Below are positions 16,926 through 64,000 of a stretch of 64,000 bases of DNA, piece by piece. The notes beneath the pieces are model-generated. The model worked only from the letters and a program-made list of their open reading frames with translations. It was not told the DNA's origin and searched no databases. Positions within the stretch are counted from its first letter, which is position 1. Each line of letters starts with the position of its first letter. The position numbers and the translations under genes were made by a program. Source of the DNA: the human T2T-CHM13v2.0 reference genome, Homo sapiens; the NCBI RefSeq assembly GCF_009914755.1, contig NC_060931.1. One strand, given 5' to 3'.

Positions 16926-18539
16926 GTATTTTTAAAACACATAGTATGGGCCAGTTTCTTTCACTTCTTTCTCTTGTGTATCGCTTGCGATGATACTGTG
17001 TAGCAGGTATTATTTTCCCTGATTTACAGAAGTGAGTGGAACTGAGATTCTGAAAGGTTAGGTAAATTGCCAAAGGTGACACAGCAACACTCCCTTTTGT
17101 TTTGTTGTTGTTGTTACTATCTATGTGCTTCGAACAGAGACCTATCGACTAGCTTTCCTAATCTTACTACCTTTCCTTCATGCTTTACACAAGAAAAGTC
17201 AACTTTTCTTAAGGGAAAGGTTCTTGTTATTTTGAGCAGGAAAGTAAATGACCAAAATTGTACTTTGGGGAAATTAACCTAAGTTTCTGTAGGATGTGCT
17301 GCGGGCCAGAGCCCAGGCCGGAGGCAAGGACCTTAAGCCAGGGCAGTAGCAACAAGCATGGGAAGGGGCCCGGCAGCAGGCCCTGGAGGCTGGAAAGGGC
17401 TTGTCAAATGTTTGGATGTGGTGGAAGGGAAGGGCAGCCTTGCCACCCTGGGTTTGGGACGCAGGGGACACAGGGGACACTGGCAGGTGGCGCAGCCTGG
17501 GTCAAACCCCTCACTCTCTGAGCCCTTCTTGCTTGGCACCCTTGCAAATAAATGCCTTCCTTTCTATTGCTGCAAAAACCTCGGTGTGGATATCCGGTTT
17601 TACTGCACAGGGTGAGTGGACCCAGTTTGGTTCCATAACACTGTCTCCCTCTATCCCTCGTTGGTGACCTCCGTGTAGCAGGTGCTAAAAGCTGGTTCAC
17701 CTGTGGGGCATGTGTAGTTTTCAGAGCGCCTGTGGGGTCTCGTCCAGACTGGGAGGCTCTGACTCAACTCCCCACCTTCTTCACTGCATTCCTGCCCCCA
17801 GCCTTGGGCTGCTGGCCTCTCCTCCCCTAGCTGGCAGAGGAATGGGAGAGGTGGTCCAAGCCCAGCTGCCTTCCACTGTGCCCACTACTTCTCTTACTGC
17901 ACCATGTCAAGGGGACAGGCCACTGCTCGGCCGTTCTCTCTCTGCTCTGCTGTTGCTCCTTCTCAGTGGAGACTAGACCCCAGCCCGCGTTTGTTCACAT
18001 GCCACATCTTGTGCCCTGGCACAGGGCTGTGTGGAACAGAAAGGCATCGTGAAGGGCAACACCTGCATCACTCCCCAGTGGGCAGAAGCCTCACCACTCC
18101 AGTAACCTTCCTTCACAGCCTTCTTCGAGGGCTGGAGGGGCGGTGGTGGGGGGTGGAGTCAGAGGGCAGTCTTCCACCTCAAGTCAGCCTCGAGGAGGGG
18201 TCTGCTCCCAGCTCTCAGATCTTGTCTTTAGAACGAGTGCCAGTTAATTCCCAAGTCTGAATCCTACTCATTGATTCAGGACAGCAGAAAAACTCCCACT
18301 TCCCACCCCTGTTTCTGGAAATGACCACAAGCCTGGCTACAGGGCGACTGAGACCATCATGGGTGGACTACGCACGTCCAGCTCTTAGTGTGGTCTCCGT
18401 GTCTCGGTTTTCTCTTTTGACTTCTCTTTTGGAGCTCTTGGTTGAGACACTTGGTGAGTGTGGACTTTTAAGGTAAACTCTGAGCTGACCAGGACTGGCT
18501 GGTTGGTCTCTTGGGTGCTATGCAGTCACAGAAGCAGGT

Positions 18540-18730
18540 AATCAAAGAACAAACAGTCCTGTGGTGTTTGGAGTCTCCCTTGGCTACCGCCAAAGCCTCT
18601 GTTTGATTTCTTGCATGGCAACAAAACCAGGAGGGGAAGCTGAGTGGCTTCTGGAATAAACTTTGGGTGTGAGACGGGATTCAGGCTGTGGCTAATGTGC
18701 TGGAAGCACGCACAGTTGTGACCATCAAGT
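18540..18730 (+). promoter_or_regulatory. CDHR3 proximal promoter / 5' UTR (non-CpG-island) with X-box-like and forkhead-like motifs
   Basis: Directly upstream of the start codon; GTCTCCCTTGGCTAC 18573-18587, ATGGCAAC half-site ending 18622, ACAAACA/TGTTTG motifs. Exact TSS cannot be seen. Confidence 0.55.
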
Positions 18731-60094
<41,364 letters not shown>

Positions 60095-61332
60095 GTATGC
60101 ACACTTTGAAAGTTGGGCTGGACATTCTATCTCTTTGGTGGCCCTCTGCCCTTCTGCTTCTCTGGTATATTCTCAGGAGAATTATAAGCATTTGGAGAAA
60201 CAGCTCAGTAGAATAAATCGATGTGAACTGTTCACTGTTGTCCACAGGTTTCCTTGTTATCATCCTTTTTTCTTCCCTCTCTTTCATTTTCCTTCTTCAT
60301 TATCTCCCTTGTTCACTTTCTTACTCTTAAGAATTATTTTTTATTTTGCTCCCTTCTATATCTGGCTCATCTCTGTTGGTGAAAAGGACCACAGGGACTT
60401 GTTAGGCCCTCCCTGGACTGTGCCTGTTCTTTGTTTATTGCCACGGGTGGCAAGATGGGGCTGTTAGTTAGCAGTTATAATAGACGTTTGAGACTTAGGA
60501 TCAGTGAATAGGAACTCCCAGGAAAACATACCACCAGCCAGATGAATAAATCAAACCAAGTACTTAGGTAAAACCAAACAAAGCATCGAATTCACCTTAC
60601 ACAACTTAATTGAATATAAACAAAAGACATCCGAAAGGGAAAAAATGCAGATACAAGTGGGATACAAGTGATCTTGTATATTTTGACTCATTCTTTGTCC
60701 TACAATCTATTTGCTATTATTTTACAATAAAGTCCCTTGTGATTCTGGGTTAATAAGCTTTTTGAAAACAATATTGTCTTTCTACTATTTTGTCAAAAAG
60801 CCACATGATTAGTACTTGCCCATATTAGCCTCGTCTCTGAGGTTTTGTTCCAGCCAGTCTCTGGTCTCCTGAGAGGCTGAAGAGGGCTCTTTGGGAGGAA
60901 TTGGGGTTGTGGGGAGCAACTCCACAGCAGCCCTTGCTAAGAGACAGCCCTGTATCTGGAGCAAGGCTGAAGATCAGGGTGAGTCTCAGCTCCAGATGTC
61001 CCCATGGGGAGAGTCTCCTGAGTTTATCTTTGAGTGGTTTTGTAAGTTTTCTCCAGGCGACTCTGGACATAGACCCAATACATGCAGAGGACAAAGGACC
61101 CTAGACCAGGATTGCCTAGGAGAAGCAGGAGAAATAGAAATTCCTTTATTATACTCATGAATGTCTCCCTGTTGTCCCAAATGGCATGCCCAGTATAATG
61201 TTAAAGGATCCATGTGACCTCGAGTCTGATATCAAAACGGTTAAACTCTGTTCTGGATGCACCCCTGACTTATCCCTTTAGATCCAGTCTCCACCCTGCT
61301 CTGTGCTCCAAGACGCTGACCTGGATGGATAC

Positions 61333-63618
61333 CGTATTAGACTGTTTTCATGCTGCTGATAAAGATATACCTGTGACTGGGCGATTTACAAAAGAAAGAG
61401 GTTTAATTGGACTTACAGTTCCACATGGCTGGGGAAGCCTCACAATCATGGCAGAAGGCAAGGAGGAGCAAGTCACATCTTACATGGATGGCAGCAGGCA
61501 AAGAGATAGAGCTTGTGTAGGGAAACTCCTCCTTATAAAGCCATCAGATCTCATGAGACTTAGTCACTATCACGAGAACAACTCAGGAAAGACTTGCCCC
61601 CATGATTCCATTTCCTCCTACCAGGTCCCTCCCACAGCATGTAGGAATTCAAGGTGAGACTTTGGTGGAGACACAGCCAAACCATATCATCCTGCCCCAG
61701 CCCTTCCCAAATCTCACGTTCTCACATTTCAAAACCAATCATGCCTTCCCAACAGTCATCCAAAGTCTTTACTCATTTCAGCATTAACTCAAAAGTCCAC
61801 AGTCCAAAGTCTCATCCGAGACAAGGCAAATCCCTTCTGCCTATGAGCCTGTAAAATCAAAAGCAAGTTAGTTACTTCCTAGATACAATGGGGGTATAGG
61901 CATTGGGTAAATACAGCTGTTCCAATGGGATAAATTGGCCAAAATGCAGGTGCTACAGGCCCCATGCAAGTCTGAAATCCAGCAGGGTAGTCAAATCTTA
62001 AAACTCCAAAATGATCTCCTTTGACTCCATGTCTCACATCCAGGTCACGCTCATGCAAGAGGTGGGTTCCCATGATCTTGGGCAGCTCCATTCCTGTGGC
62101 TTTGCAGGGTACAGCTTCCATCCTGGATGCTTTCATGGGCTGGCATTGAGTGCCTGTGGCTTTTCCAGGTGCATGGTGCTAGCTGTCAGTGGATTTACCA
62201 TTCTGGGGTCTGGAGGACAGTGGCCCTCTTCTCACAGCTCCACTAGGCAGTGCCCTACTAGGGACTTCGTGTGGGGACTCCAATCTCACATTTCCCTTCT
62301 GCACTGCCCTAGCAGAGGTTCTCCATGAGGGGCCACCCCTGCAACAAACTTCTGCCTGGGCATCCAGGCATTTCCATACATCCTCTCAAATCTAAGCGGA
62401 GGTTCTCAAACCTCAATTCTTGACTTCTGTGCAGCCGCAGGCTCAACACCACATGAAAGCTGGCAAGGCTTGGGGCTTCCACTCTCTGAAGCAATAGCCC
62501 GAGCTGTACCTTGGCCCCTTTTAATCAAAGCTAGAGCGGCTGGGATGCAGGGCACCAAGTCCCTAGGCTGCACACAAGAGAGGGACCCAGGGCCTGGCCC
62601 ATGAAGCCGTTTCTTCCTCCTAAACCTCTGGGCCTGTGATGGGAGTGGCTTCCACAGAGGTCTCTGACATGCCCTGGTGACATTTACCCCATTGTCTTGG
62701 TGATTAACATTCAGCTCCTTGTTACTTATGTAAATTTCTGCAGCTGTCTTGAATTTCTCCTCAGAAAATGGGATTTTCCTTTCTATCGCATTGTCAGGCT
62801 GCAAAATTTCCAAACTTTTAAGCTCTGCTTCCCTCATAAAACTGAATGCCTTTAACAGCACCCAAGTCACATCTTGAATGCTTTGCTGCTTAAAAATTTC
62901 TTCTACCAGATACTCTAAATCATCTCTCTCAAGTTCAAAGTTCTACAAGTCTCTAGGGCAGGGGCAAAATGCCACCAGTCTCTTTGCTAAAACATAACAA
63001 GAGTCACCTTTGCTCCAGTTCCCAACAAGTTCCTCATCTCCATCTGAGACCACCTCAGCCTGGATTTAATTGTCCATATCATGAACAGCATTTTGGTCAA
63101 AGCCATTCAACAAGTCTCTAGGGAGTTCCAAACTTTCCCACATTTTCCTGTCTTCTTTTAAGCCCACCAAACTGTTCCAACCCCTGCCTGTTACCCAGTT
63201 CCAAAGTTGCTTCCACATTTTCAGGTATCTACAGCAGAGCCCCACTCTATTGGTACCAATTTACTGGATTAGTCCATTTTCATACTGCTAATAAAGACAT
63301 ACCCGAGACTGGGCAATTTACAACAGAAAGAGGTTTAATGGGCTTACAGTTCCACGTGGCTGGGGAAGCCTCACAATCATGGCAGAAGGCAAGGAGGAGC
63401 AAGTCATGTCTTACGTGGATGGCAGCAGGCAAAGAGAGAGCTTGTGCAGGGAAACTCCCCCTTATAAAGCCATCAGATCTCATGGGACTTAGTCACTATC
63501 ACAAGAACAGCACAGGAAAGACTTGCCACCATGATTCAATTTCCTCCTACTGGGTCCCTCTCACAACATGTGGGAGTTCAAGATGAGATTTGGGTGGGGA
63601 CACAGCCAAACCATATCA
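61333..63618 (-). mobile_element. Full-length THE1 (MaLR) element: LTR-int-LTR, antisense in CDHR3 intron 8
   Basis: LTRs at 63265-63618 (5') and 61333-61689 (3'); internal part begins gtaaattggtacc; purine tract before the 3' LTR; perfect 5-bp TSD GATAC (61328-61332 / 63619-63623). Confidence 0.93.
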
Positions 63619-64000
63619 GATACCAACCAACTCCCTTGCCTTCCAGCTTCTAGTTGGCCAATGGGGAGTCCTGGAAAGAGAAGGAGAGGAGGGTCAGGCT
63701 CTCTCTTTGTGAGCTGGGTGCATCCCTTCCCTGCCTGAAGATCTCCATTCCCAAAAGCAGCTCTCTGTCGCAGGACCTGCTTCCTCCACTGGCTTCCCTG
63801 GGCCTAGTGGTGGTAAGGGTGCTTCACTCTCACGAGCCCTGAGATATTGCACCATCTGATGAGATTTCCATATACTCTGTGAGCACCTTCTTCATAGTCC
63901 CTTTACTGACCCCTCCTAGAATGATCCTAATTCACCAGCTGCTTCCTGCTGACACCCCAATAACGTCAGTCACAATCTTAAGCATGTAGTAGGTTCCTAT

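Noticed and set aside
60095-64000. CDHR3 C529Y (rs6967330) status and downstream exons
   Set aside because: Exon 9 onward is not recognisable in this window, so nothing can be said.

Overview
Human (primate) genomic DNA, not microbial. The window holds about 18.7 kb of repeat-rich upstream sequence followed by the 5' part of CDHR3 (cadherin-related family member 3, the rhinovirus-C receptor, chr7q22) on the + strand. Eight coding exons were reconstructed by hand. All have GT-AG junctions with consistent phases and total 1052 coding nt, covering the signal peptide and cadherin repeats EC1-EC3; the gene continues past the right edge. The rest is mostly transposable elements: two antisense L1PA copies, two tiny L1 3' stubs (one with L1HS-type diagnostic bases), solo LTR1 and LTR12, a full-length THE1 with TSD, about 18 Alus, MADE1, Tigger, MER and MLT elements, plus small tandem repeats. 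Almost all ORF-track entries are repeat-derived or chance ORFs. I see no clearly new multi-gene system. The best leads are: (i) possible intronic-polyadenylation isoforms encoding EC1-only or EC1-3 forms of the virus receptor; (ii) an in-frame THE1-derived cassette exon; (iii) two L1 copies sharing identical inactivating indels; (iv) young, possibly polymorphic L1HS and AluYe insertions; (v) a uORF and RFX/forkhead motifs at the promoter. Repeat subfamily names come from remembered consensus sequences and need RepeatMasker/Dfam confirmation.
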